DNA of 64,000 nt from Chiloscyllium plagiosum (lineage: Eukaryota): positions 1,869,069-1,933,068 of the forward strand of contig NC_057759.1 in NCBI RefSeq assembly GCF_004010195.1, written 5' to 3'. The translations under genes and the position numbers were made by a program. The notes beneath the pieces were generated by a model. It was not told the DNA's origin and did not search any database. It was given only the letters and a program-made list of their open reading frames with translations. How positions within the stretch are numbered: position 1 is the first letter of the stretch; every line of letters starts with the position of its first letter. Shown here one piece after another: positions 1 to 12,198 of this stretch.

Positions 1-90
1 TTCCATCTGCCGGTTACAGACAGTTCAGGCAGCAATTCCACATTGCCTTCGGGGCTAATTACAATCTGGGGGTAATAAAAAATCCCAGGG

Positions 91-360
91 GCTGTGGTTA
101 GCACTGCCGCCATACAGCGCCAGGGACGTCTGTGTGGAGTTTGCTCATTATCCCCGTGTCTGCATGGGTTTCCTCTGGGTGCTCCGGTTTCCTCCCACAG
201 TCCAAAGATGAGCACGTTAGGTGAATTGGCTGTGCTAAATTGCCCATAGTGTGAGGTGGATTAGTCAGGGGTAAATGTAGGGGAATTGGTCTGGGTGGGG
301 TTGCTCTTCGGAGGGTCGGTGTGGACTTGTTGGGCCGAAGGGCCTGTCTCCACGCTGTAG
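91..360 (+). mobile_element. HE1-like (V-domain, tRNA-derived) elasmobranch SINE
   Basis: gtggttagcactgc...tgtgtggagtttgc...ggtgctccggtttcctcccacagtccaaagatg core and CR1-like tail gggccgaagggcctgt. Family name assigned from memory. Confidence 0.8.
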
Positions 361-496
361 GAAATTTAATCATAAAGTGAGGTTCTGTACTTTTATTCGT
401 GTTCACTGAATTAGCTTTTAAGATGTTTAAATTGGCGGGGTTGTTTCGATTGATTCACGGCGGGTAAACGTTCGGTTGTTCAGTTTGCCTGGGCTG

Positions 497-836
497 GAAC
501 CCTCCAACCACAAGGGATGAATGCAGATTTCTCTAGCTTTCTCTTTTCCCCTCCCCCCACCTTATCCCAGTCCCAACCTTTGGACTCAGCACTGCCTTCT
601 TGACCTGCAGTCTTCTTCCCGACCTCTCCGGCCCCACCTCCTCTCCATAACCTCCTTCCGCCTATCGCATTCCCAACGCCCCTCCCCCAAGTCCCTCCTC
701 CCTACCTTTTATCTTATCCTGCTTGGTACACTGTCCTCATTCCTGAAAAAGGGTTTATACCCGAAACGTCGATTCTCCTGCTCCTTGGATGCAGCGTGAC
801 CTGCTGCGCTTTCCCAGCAACACATTTTTCACCTCC
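497..836 (+). mobile_element. Penelope-like (Neptune) 3' fragment with hammerhead motif
   Basis: Matches the tail of the 5986-8355 element. Flanked by a gggctg duplication (491-496, 837-842) and absent from the paralogous site near 20450. Confidence 0.8.
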
Positions 837-1171
837 GGGCTGTTTTAAACCCCACCTTTCCTCCTGCCTGATTGACAGATCAGGCAATAATCCCGCCTCC
901 TGTCCGCGCTGACTGCTAACTAGGTTTTATGAGTTACTATAAAATATTAAATTTTATCTTAGTTGCAGACGGATGGCGTTTTGCATTTTAAGGTTACTTT
1001 AATCTCAAGGTTTGAGAGGGTGAATTCAGCGGGCAATTTGAAATTGACCAACTGTCATTGCCAGTGAACCAATCAGACTCCAACAATTCTTTTCCTGCCT
1101 TTTCTGTCCCTTCCGGAGCTGCTTCTCTGTGGGTTGAGGGACAGGGCTGTATCCAATTCCAGCTCCCTTAA

Positions 1172-1586
<415 letters not shown>

Positions 1587-1644
1587 ACGGAGCCTGGCCG
1601 GCCCTGCACATTCACCCCGAGAGTGAGAGAGAGAAAAACACAAC

Positions 1645-1682
1645 GGCTCTTTTCAGAGCCATTAAACCACCCAGAAAGAGCG
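1645..1682 (+). terminator. Histone 3' stem-loop plus purine-rich HDE
   Basis: GGCTCTTTTCAGAGCC at 1645-1660 followed by agaaagagcg. Confidence 0.92.
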
Positions 1683-3294
1683 GGAAGAGATCGCAGACGT
1701 TGGAACATGGCTTTGAATAATATTAAGGGGGGCGTGACGTCAGTAATACATTTCAGGGCAGTTGGTTGAAGACAGAGATCGCACAAGCAGCAGTGCCTAG
1801 AATATACGCTGCTGTGAATGTTATGTAATTTTCACATGCTTCATTATAGTAGTGCAGTATTAATTCCGGATTAAATCCTCTCTCTCCTCACTGTCTCCCT
1901 TGCTGTTCCCACTCGTTACAGCCAGTATGATCATTGCCGAGGAAGCTGGCGGGAAAACATTGCGCCAAATCAACTATTTTCTTTCAAATTTGAAAATCCT
2001 GCTGAAATGTAGATCAGAGAAGGGAGCTTTACGGAAAACAATGCATTCGTATTTAGTCATTAATTTGCAATTTTTCTTTCGGGTAATGAAGCTATTTGAA
2101 GGATTCGAGATTGCCTTCGGAGGGAATCCTCAGCCCTGTGAGGATTTCATGACCGTGCTTCGGCGTGAACGCATTAATAAGGAACGCCGCCGTTAGGTAT
2201 TATTTTAATACCGTGCTCCCTTATAGCAAAAGCTCCACATTAACAATTCCAGTCCGGCGACTGTTCTGGTTTGATCTCGGTTCGTTTTGAAAGCTTCTAA
2301 TCGACAGCAGAAAGCCCCATTTACACTATTCTGCAACAGAACCCGCGCGGAGTTTTGGAAATAAAAAAAAACGTGTAATGCACCTACCCGTGGGTCTGTA
2401 AGAAAGGGAGCACTTCTTTTGTTTCCCAGTGGTGACACTCAGGGATCACACCCCAAACGGGGCTTGTCGCTCCCGGAATAATCAAATATTAGAGAGGGAC
2501 TTGAGCAAATAGCACCAGAAATTAAAAAAAAAGATTCACTGGTGTTCAATATGCTCCCGAGAGGCAAGGAGAAGAGAGGGCACATTCTCTACTCTTGATG
2601 CCAGCGCCAAATCATCAACACCTTTCCTTCCAATTTGAAAAGCCCGCCATTTCACATATAACGAAGTATGTTTTACATAGAAAAATTATGTATAAAAAAA
2701 AAGAACCTTGTTCAGAGGGGAATTCATCAATACTTGTTAATTAGATTATAAATACATACTTCAGACAATCTCTCTCGCTCATCCATTTGCCTAACTGCAC
2801 CTATCTCTTTCTACTTTTTTCTCTTTTCTGGACCTGAAGGACTGGCAGAAACAAAACCATGCGCCAAGAACTGCAATCTGCAATTAATCTCTTCATTTCA
2901 CATATCGAAAACACTCCAATATGTTGATTAAACATTACAGAACGTTCTTCCGGCTGAGCTCATTAATCGTCTTTCGACAATATTTTAATGTCGCCCAGCC
3001 TTTTTGCACTAGTTCTGACATCAGCAAAAGCTCCACATTTGCCATCCCAGTCCTGCAGCTGCTCTGGTTTGATTTCCGTTCATTTTGATAATCTCTCACC
3101 GACAGCAGAAAGCCTCATTTACTGGAATCGGAGAAAACAACGCCAGAGACCCAGGTTCGAGTCTACTCGGCATAGAACTAAAGGACCACCAATCGTAAGA
3201 TGTATCTGCTCCTAGTACTCAAAGACGGAGACACGTTTCTTTTTGGTTTGCCTGGGGAGATATTCACCGTTCATATCCCACCGTGAATGGTCGC

Positions 3295-3680
3295 TCCGGA
3301 ACTGACATTTGAAGTGCTCATCCAAATACTTTTTAAAAAGGTTAAGGTTTCTGGCTTCCACTACCTTCGCATGCAGTGTCTTCCAGATTTCCACCACTTG
3401 CTGAGTGAAAAGATTTTTCTGAAATTCCCTCAATATCTTTACATCTAACCCTTCACTATAGCGAGAATCCTTACCCTCACCATATCATTACCTAAGCACC
3501 ACTTGTGATTGCTCGTTCAAACAAGGGAAACAGCTTCTCTCTATTCACCCTGTCCCACACGACTCATAAATCGCTTATACTTCAATCATGTGTTCCACCG
3601 CAGTCATCTCTGCTCTAGAGAAGACATTTCTTTTTTTGGAAGTAATATTTGTGCTTTAATCCCAATCCCCAATATTGCGC
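3295..3680 (-). mobile_element. Old CR1 LINE 3' fragment
   Basis: Minus-strand translation FTQQVVEIWKTL...FKKYLDEH is typical of the CR1 ORF2 C-terminus. Mirrored at about 17860-18230. Confidence 0.7.
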
Positions 3681-3734
3681 TGGATTTATCACCGCTGCTG
3701 TCACAGTTTAATGTGAATAATTTATTCCTGCATC

Positions 3735-3996
3735 CTTAGGCGCATGCGCGATGCTACTCTTCCTCCAAAACAGAAATGTTCCTGAGTAGAAGAGCGCATG
3801 CGTGAGGCCCTCCCCCCAGCGCTGCCATTGAGGAGCATTTACTCAGTGAGTGCAAGAGGTTTGTTTGAAACAGACCGCAATGGAGAGATCAGCGCCCAGG
3901 GAAGCGAGGGAACAGCAGGCTCCTTCCAGCAGCACATCGGGATGGGAGCCTGGGACACAGAGGGGGCTCCGAGACCGGGATTGATTCGGGGTGAGT
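3735..3996 (+). promoter_or_regulatory. CpG-island promoter and probable first exon (copy 1)
   Basis: NRF1-type GCGCATGCGC at 3740-3749 plus a second gcgcatgcg, YY1-like gctgccatt, and a strong donor GG|gtgagt at 3991. Confidence 0.7.
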
Positions 3997-5985
3997 TCAG
4001 GGAGAACCGGGGGCTGTTTGTAAGAGGCCGAGTGGAGCAGGTACTGGTCCCGGAACTTGGAGTGAGGGGGAGGGGACAGAGAGGTCTTTCTCGGGCTGTG
4101 TGGGGGTCTGCTGAGGGAGACAGCGGGAAGAAGTATACATTCAAGCCAAGAGTCGAACACAACTGATGCAATATATTTTTTGATTTCTCCCTCTACTCAA
4201 TGCACAACAGCTCAGTTCCAATAAATGCCATGATGCTTAGTCAATTATCATTTGCAGCATCAGAAGAGGGATAGATTGTATCCTCTTATGAAATAAACAT
4301 TCAGGAACTGTATTAACTCCACATGTAATGAAGGCAATTTTAAAGGCGAACAAACAGATCATTCTGTTACATTGTTACAGCAAGGATTTCTGAAGATATA
4401 GAAGGAAACTTTGGCATTATCAGTACCTGAGAAGGACAAAACTAATGTTTTGATAAATAGAAGTCTTATGTGAAAGGCACAACTGAACAGTGTAAATTCC
4501 AAATGAACCTGTGAGCCATAGCCTGACCTACACACAATCACCATCTCCAACCCATCCTCTTATGGGTGCTTGCATACATATGCACATACACCATTCTCTC
4601 ACAGACAGCTACTGACTGATTTATAATTGTTGCAAACTTGTATGCCATCCTGAAATACTCATTCCAATATCAAAAAGTAATGAAAATCTATATACACCGC
4701 AACTAACGGAAAATATTTCAAACTGATTTCTACTCTCAGATCTCAAGTCAAAAGAAATTTACAGCACAGATTAAGTCTCTTCAAATTATTAAGTCTAACT
4801 GATCAAAGACAGTCTATAACAACATAACAGTTGACTGAGCTAACAATTCTAAGCATTCCATTTTCATAAAACTATCATGGCAGCAGAAAAGCTGTCATCT
4901 CCATCTGTATCGTAACCTCATTCTCCATTTCGTAGTTATTTTATTATTCTGTCCAGCAACAAAGTTTTTTAAAAATTATTCTATATGTATTTCAAAATTT
5001 GTTTTGATTTTCTATGAAGAGCCCTGCATTCCTGTTGACCCTCCCTTCATTATAGTACAAAAAAAAGCAAGGAATCATGATATAGTTTTCTGAAGGAGTC
5101 ATTGGAATCAGATCATTACTATTTAAAGCCTTGCAGAATGAAAGAGAAAGCCAAAATTGGTTGGTTTGTCAAGTTGCTCATTTTTTTTTCCAACATGAGT
5201 TGATATTTAAACTCCTACCTACCATAGAGCAACACAAGAGTCTGCTAACAGCTTGCACCAGATCCTGTCCACATTGGTAAATAAAATAGAATTGGCCAAT
5301 TCTCTTTCCTGTACAAGCAACACTGTGGTCAGTCAACTGCAATGCAGTTGAAGTGTTCACTTAGTTGCAAATGGGTTCGGTTAATACTGATCATTAATTC
5401 ATTGGTTAAAACATGTCACCATGCAAAAATCGATAGCATTCTGAAAACCAGACCTTGATATCCCCATTGTTCCCGTTAGACTCTGCACTACAGGAATTAC
5501 AAAAGTCCATTGCTTTTCTCCCCTGGATTCTGAAGAAAAGCACAGATGCTTTTCTGCTGCAATGTGTTGCATGTTCAGTCGTCCATGGATCCTAAGGCAC
5601 GAAAGCTAAAGAACATTGGCTGTGGACATTATTGAACTACATGTGCAGTGCCAGAGATTAACAGAAATACAAACACATCCACTTTCACAGACAGGAGCTA
5701 TCCAGTGGCAATGGATAGTACCTCTTTCATGTCAAGTAGCAGAAGTTTGAACACTGAAGTACAGTAGCAGTTACTAAAAGTTATATGTTGCAATTTGGAT
5801 GACACTGAAGCACTGTCAAACACAATAACCAAGAATAAGGAGCACATTGATATCTAGTATCAGAGAGTGAATGGTGCTGATGAACACACACTTTCTCCAC
5901 ATTCACATTCTGGTTGAGGGCCTGAGTAATGCAGAAGCATTTCCATACTTTTTTATATATGAAACACTGATTTATAAGGCATTAA

Positions 5986-8355
5986 GGAGAAAGTGAGGAC
6001 TGCAGATGCTGGAGATCAGAGCTGAAATGTGTTGCTGGAAAAGCGCAGGTCAGGCTGCATCCAAGGAACAGGAGAATCGACGTTTCGGGCATGAGCCCTT
6101 CTTCAGGAATGAGGAAAGTTTGCCAAGTGGGCTTAGATAAAAGGTAGGGAGGAGGGACTTGGGGGAGGGGCATTGGAAATGCGATAGATGGAAGGAGGTT
6201 AAGGTGAGGGTGATAGGCCGGAGTGGGGGTGGGGGCAGAGAGGTCAGGAAGAAGATTGCAGGTTAGGAAGGTGGTGCTGAGTTCGAGGTTTGGGATTGAC
6301 ACAAGGTGGGGGGAGGGGAAATGAGGAAACTGGAGAAGTCAGTTCATCCCTTGTGGTAGGAGGGTTCCTAGGCGGAAGATGAGCTGCACTTCCTCCAGCC
6401 ATCATGTTGCTATGGTCTGGAGTCGAAGGACCTGCATGTCTTTGGTGGAGTGGGAGGGGGAGTTGAAGTGTTGAGCCACAGGGTGGTTGGGTCGGTTGAT
6501 CCAGGTGTCCCAGAGGTGTTCTCTGAAACGTTCCGCAAGTAGACGGCCTGTCTCCCCAATATAGAGAAGGCCACATCGGATGCAGCAAATGATGTGTGTG
6601 GAGGTGCAGTTGAATTTGTGGCGGATATGGAAGGATCCCTTGGGGCCTTGGAAGGAAGTAAGGGGGGAGGTGTGGGTGCAATTCTTGCATTTCTTGAGGT
6701 TGCAGGGGAAGGTGCCGGGAGTGGAGGTTGGGTTGGTGGGGGCTGTGGACCTGACGAGGGAGTCACGGAGGGAGTGGTCTTTTCGGAACGCTGATAGGGG
6801 AGGGAAATATATATGCCTGGTGGTGGGGTCCGTTTGGAGGTGGCAGAAATGACGACAGATGCTACGATGTATATGGAGGTTGATGGGGTGGTCGGTGAGG
6901 ACCAGTGGGGTTCTGTCCTGGTGGTGATTGGAGGAGCGGGAAGTGGAGAAGATGTGGTGGAGAGCATCGCTGATCACGTCTGGCGGGAAATTGTGGTCTT
7001 TGAAGAAGGAGGCCATCTGGGTTGTACGGTATTGGAACTGGTCCTCCTGGGAGCAGATGCGGCGGAGACGAAGGAATTGGGAATATGGGATGGCGTTTTT
7101 ACAGGGGGCAGGGTGGGAGGAGGTGTAGTCTAGGTAGCTGTTGGAGTTGGTCGGTTTATAGTAAGTGTCCGTGTTGATTCGGTCGCCCGAGATAGAAATG
7201 GAGAGGTCTAGGAAGGGGAGGGAGGAGTCTGAGACGGTCCAGGTAAATTTGAGGTCGGGGTGGAAGGTGTTGGTAAAGTGGATGAACTGTTCATCCTCCT
7301 CGTGGGAGCACGAGGCAGCGCCGATACAGTCATCGATGTAGTAGAGGAAAAGGTGGGGGGTGGTGCCAGTGTAGCTGCGGAAGATGGACTGTCCCACATA
7401 TCCTATGAAGAGGCAGGTCATAGCTGGGGCCCATGCGGGTGCCCACGGCTACTCCTTTGGTTTGGAGGAAGTGGCAAGATTGGAAAGAGAAGTTGTTCAG
7501 AGTGAGGACCAGTTCAGTCAGTCGGAGGGTGTCAGTGGAAGGGTACTGGTTGGTACGGCGGGAAAGGAAGAAGCGGAAGGCTTTGAGTCCTTNNNNNNNN
7601 NNNNNNNNNNNNNNNNNNNNNNNNNNNNNNNNNNNNNNNNNNNNNNNNNNNNNNNNNNNNNNNNNNNNNNNNNNNNNNNNNNNNNNNNNNNNNNNNNNNN
7701 NNNNNNNNNNNNNNNNNNNNNNNNNNNNNNNNNNNNNNNNNNNNNNNNNNNNNNNNNNNNNNNNNNNNNNNNGGGGTTGTGGGACTATGAGGTTGGAGGC
7801 GGTGGATGGGAGATCCTCCGAGGTGATGAGGTTATGGATGGTCTGGGAGATGATAGTTTGGTGGTGGGAGGTGGGGTCATAGTCAAGGGGGCAGTAGGAG
7901 GAGGTGTCCGCGAGCTGGCATTTAGCCTCAGCGGTGTAAAGGTCGGTGCGCCAAACTACTACCGCGCATCCCTTGTCTGCCGGTTTGATAGTGAGGTTGG
8001 GGTTGGAACAGAGGGAGTGGAGGGCTGCACATTCTGAGGATGAGAGGTTGGAGAGGGGTGGAGAGGTTGAGGCGGTTAATGTCGCGGTGGCAGTTGGCTA
8101 TGAAGAGATCGAGGGCAAGTAAGAGGCCAGCCCGGGGTGTCCAGGTGGATGGGGTGTGTTGGAGGCGGGAGAAGGAGTCGTCAGAGGGTGGGTGAGAATC
8201 CTGGTTGAAGAAGTAGGCGCGGAGGCGAAGGCGGCGGAAGAATTGTTCGATGTCTCATTGTTGAACTCATTAATCCGAGAGCATAGGGGAATGAAGGTGA
8301 GGCCTCTGCCGAGGACTGAGTTCGAGAGGGATTGTGAAAACACGGCAGGGCTGGG
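5986..8355 (-). mobile_element. Penelope-like retroelement, Neptune clade (RT + GIY-YIG endonuclease), 5'-truncated
   Basis: ORF 6402-7421 contains YIDDC (RT), FLDL, YKPT, a CNLKKCKNC linker and CIRCGLLYIGETGR (GIY-YIG). 13-bp TSD TATAAGGCATTAA at 5973-5985 and 8356-8368. Empty site at 15926-15938. Confidence 0.95.
6072..6110 (-). ncRNA. Minimal hammerhead ribozyme motif in Penelope terminal repeat
   Basis: Reverse complement reads attc CTGAAGA a GGGC tcat GCCC GAAA C GTC gatt. Confidence 0.75.
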
Positions 8356-9164
8356 TATAAGGCATTAAACTCACCTCATAAGGTGTATCAGATCTTGGAC
8401 ATGCAGAATGGGAAACACAAGGCAACATTAAAAAAAAAGTGTCAGTGTGATAATAGACCAGTGCCACTCCTTTCAAGTGATACAGATTGGCAGCACAACA
8501 AAAAACTCACACACACAGCCAGTTAATGCTGAAAGGGGAAAAAAAATGAAATTTAGGCCCGGGTATTTCTAAATATGGACAGTTATAAATTGTTTCACCA
8601 AACCATTAATCGTTTCAGTTAGTGTCAGATGTTATATCTTATTGTCCAGCAGCAACTGATAAAGATTACTGCATACATAAAATATTTTTTAAAAAGTCTG
8701 AATGCAATAAAATTCAGATTCATGGCAAAGATAACATTAATTCCTCAATCACAAAAAGGTTAGTGAATGTTGATCAAGTTTATCCTACACTCAGACCAAA
8801 AAAAACACAACTGAACATGGAAAGACAATGAGATTCACACACTCTACCTGATGCTATTGCCCACAAAACAAAACTGGCACTATAATTATCAAAGACAGAT
8901 AACTGCAGAAATAATCTCAAATTGGCATTTAGATAGAGATACTGGCAGTGAGTGGATAAAGTTCAGAATCCCAACAGTTGATGGAAATTAGTATGGAGAA
9001 CAGGTGAAGAACAGAATGTCCCAGTCACACAAATTGGCTGAATGGCTGTACCAATTCTGTGACTCTACCATAAATGACATAATGCAGAAGAGATTAAGTC
9101 CCAATCACAACACCCTAAAATCTACTATCACAGACTCAATCACAGTCACAGAGAATTCTTTTTC

Positions 9165-9385
9165 CTAAATTCATTGACGGGATGAGAGAATCACTGGCGA
9201 GGCCAGCATTTATTGGCCATCCCTAACTGCCCAGGAGGTAGTTATGTGTCAGCCACATTGCTGTGGGTCTGGAGACACATGTAGGCCAGACCAGGTAAGG
9301 ATGGCAGCTTCCTTCCTTAGAGGACATTTGTGAACCAGATGGCAAGCAAGAATAGATTCCTTGTCATCATTGGACTCATAGAATA
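9165..9385 (-). mobile_element. Shark SINE fragment (SacSINE1/DeuSINE-like, tentative); further copies at about 14925-15135, 29990-30205 and 36320-36560
   Basis: Recurrent ccagcatttattg(g/c)ccatccctaactgccc...gtgggtctggag(t/a)cacatgtaggccagaccaggtaaggatggcag block. Family assignment from memory. Confidence 0.6.
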
Positions 9386-9929
9386 TTATTGGTTGTCAGC
9401 GACTTAAGCAACTTTTGATGCATGAGGGTTGAAAGTGACTGGTACTGATTGAGCACTTGATGTTCGGTCACACAGCACAAACTGACAAGGTTAGCTCAAT
9501 TCGTGAACTCTCATGTGGACACAACAAAAACTGACAGGCGGAGATTGATGGCTCCTCTCACACATTCACTCTGCAGAAACTGAAAGGGAGAGCATGATAC
9601 TTAAACACACACCCCCAAACCCCCACACACACTTCAAAAACACTGGCAGGTACAATCTGATAAATGCATTTGCATATTTATAAACTAGACATTGACAAAT
9701 ACAGATTCACAGCTACATCCTGAATTACACAGAGCAGAATAGAACAGGGACAGATTGGTCAATCACATTCAAATGCACATGGCAGGGCATTTCAGAGGAA
9801 GACATTCTCATTCACAAAGCAAAAACTTACTGGAACAGATTGATAACACTCTGTTTCAAATTACTTAAATTGACATGTACGGTTTGATAATGACTTTCTC
9901 ATATTCACAGGAGAAACTGACAGGTAGAG

Positions 9930-10630
9930 ATTGATAACAGAATAAGTCAGAGTTACATTTGAGGTCGAGTAACCCTTCCTTAGAACTGAGTGTGTGCATT
10001 TTCCTAGCTGCTACATGGTCTTCTCTATTCTGGGGAAACTCAGTGTAGATTGGGTGTCCACTTTGCCAAACACCGACATTCTGTCCAGAAAACAAGACCC
10101 TGAGCTTCCACTTGCCTGCCACTTCGACACACCACCCAGTTCCCTGATGAACATCTCTGCCTCAGGCTTGCTGCAGAGCTCCAGCTAAAGCTCAGTGCAA
10201 GCTGGAAGAATAGTACCTCATTTTCTGGTTGGGAACACAACAGCCTTCTGGACCTAATACTTAGTTCTACAACTAGGGCTAGAGCTTTCCCGTGTCATTA
10301 CCTAGAACCTCTCACACCAGGCCTTGTTGTTATCACAAGGTCTGCTATTATACACCAAGTCACTAACAGTCGCTGTTAATAGTGAGTCACCTTCCTCATC
10401 TGACCATGATCTTTGGATTCTATATCCATCTACCAGTTACTCCTGACCCTTCAACATACCCTACCTTTGGCATAAAAACAAATCATTTCCTGGCTACCAT
10501 CAATTCTCAGGAAGGGTTACTGGACTGGAAATTTTAACTCTGATTTCTGTCCACTGACTCTCAGACCTGCTGAGCTTTTCCAGCAATTTGATTTTGTTTC
10601 TGATTTCCAGCATCTGCAGTTCTTTTGGTT
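9930..10630 (+). mobile_element. Degenerate Penelope-derived element with inverted ends; paralog at about 30850-31760
   Basis: GIY-YIG C-terminal remnant (ACHFDTPP...EE*YLIFWLGTQQPSG). Decayed hammerhead-like ends at about 9960-9985 (-) and 10505-10540 (+). Confidence 0.6.
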
Positions 10631-10934
10631 TTCACTTAGAGATCAATAACTACATTTTCATATTCACAGAGCAGAAACTACCAGGGAAAATTGATAACTA
10701 CATTCACATGTTCACAAAAGAAATTTGTCAGGCAAACATTGATAAATACACTCACCTTTACAATTCGGACCCTGGTTGGGAAGGATTCTTAACTAAACCT
10801 TCACAAAGCAAAACCTGACGGACTGTTAAAAACTAACTTGTCCTATTCACATAGCAGAAACTGGCAGGCTTAGATTGACAATTACCCAAACATATTCCCC
10901 AAACAAATATCCTCAGGAGGCTAAGGAAATTCAC

Positions 10935-11450
10935 CGTGTCTGGAAAGACTGCTACAATTTTTTATCAATGCACCACCTATCTGGATGTGTCACAGTGTGG
11001 TATGGCTGCTGTTCTGCCCAAGAGCACAAAGAATTACAGTCCGTTGTGAACAAAGCCCAATCCATCACTGAAAGCAGCGTTCCATCCAAAGGCTCCATTT
11101 ATACTTCCTCCTGTGTTGGGAAAGCAACCAACATAATCAAAGACCCATCTGACCCCGGTTCTGTGCTCCTCCACCCTGATCTGTCAGGTAGAAAATACAG
11201 AAGTTTGAATATACCGTCCAACAGATTCAAGAACTGATTTTGTGCTATTATTAGACTTTTGAATGGACCTCTCAAATTTTAATGTTATTCTCTCGCTCTG
11301 CACCTTCTCTGCACCATTAACACTGTATTCCAGATTCTGTTCTATTGCCCTAATGCACTTTGTATGATATGATCTGCCTGTAAGGCACTCAAAACAATAC
11401 TTTTCATTGTATCTCTGTACATGTGACAATAATAATCAGATCAAATCAAG
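10935..11450 (+). mobile_element. Rex1/Babar-type LINE 3' fragment; shorter paralog at about 31755-32185
   Basis: LSGCVTVWYGCCSAQEHKELQSVVNKAQSIT...IIKDPSDPG...SGRKYRS...RFKN, with an (ATCAA)n-like tail. Confidence 0.75.
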
Positions 11451-11991
11451 TGGATAACTACACACACATGTCGCAGAATCTGAGAGGTTCAGGTTGATAG
11501 CTACAGTCACACAACCTGACAGGAAAAGATGAATAAATACATTCAAACCCTGACATTACAGCACCTGACAGGAAGGATTGATAACTAAACTCTCTTCTTC
11601 ACAAAGCAGAAATTGAGAGTGACAGATGAAAGTTCAGCTCACACATTTACATAGCAAAAACTGGTAGGAATTGACAATTACACAGACATATTCACCAAGC
11701 AGAAACTGACAGCTATAGATTGATAACTATATTTATGTATTCACAAAGCAGAGTCTGAAAGGTCCAGATTGGCAATTACACTCTCACTTTGACAAAGAAG
11801 AAACTGACAGGTAGAGAATGATAACTGTACTATTCACATATTGACAGGGACAGATTGGTATTGACTCTCAAATTGATGTAGTAGAAACAGATTGACAATG
11901 ACACTCTGGTGTCAAATAGCAAAACCTGACAGGTACTGTTTGATAATTTCACTGAGAAATTGATTAGAGTTAAAACTGACAGGTAGAGATC

Positions 11992-12198
11992 AATTTCTGG
12001 ATTAGTGGTGCTGGAAGAGCACAGCAGTTCAGGCAGCATCCAAGGAGCTTTGAAATCGACGTTTCGGGCATTCCTGATGAAGGGCTTTTGCCCGAAACGT
12101 CGATTTCAAAGCTCCTTGGATGCTGCCTGAACTGCTGTGCTCTTCCAGCACCACTAATCCAGAATCTGGTTTCCAGCATCTGCAGTCATTGTTTTTAC
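11992..12198 (+). mobile_element. ~207-bp non-autonomous Penelope-derived fold-back element containing a hammerhead core
   Basis: Perfect 76-bp inverted arms at 11995-12070 and 12089-12164. CTGATGA-a-GGGC-tttt-GCCC-GAAAC-GTC at 12074-12101. 12-bp TSD caggtagagatc at 11980-11991 and 12199-12210. Confidence 0.85.

Noticed and set aside
3140..3175. ccaggttcgagtc B-box as a possible tRNA gene
   Set aside because: No cloverleaf or A-box. Resembles a SINE head fragment.
3798..4166. 122-aa ORF repeated three times (also 17294-17704 and 27950-28240)
   Set aside because: Reads through a strong splice donor and the C-termini differ between copies. This is GC-rich exon-1 and intron sequence, not a supported single-exon CDS.
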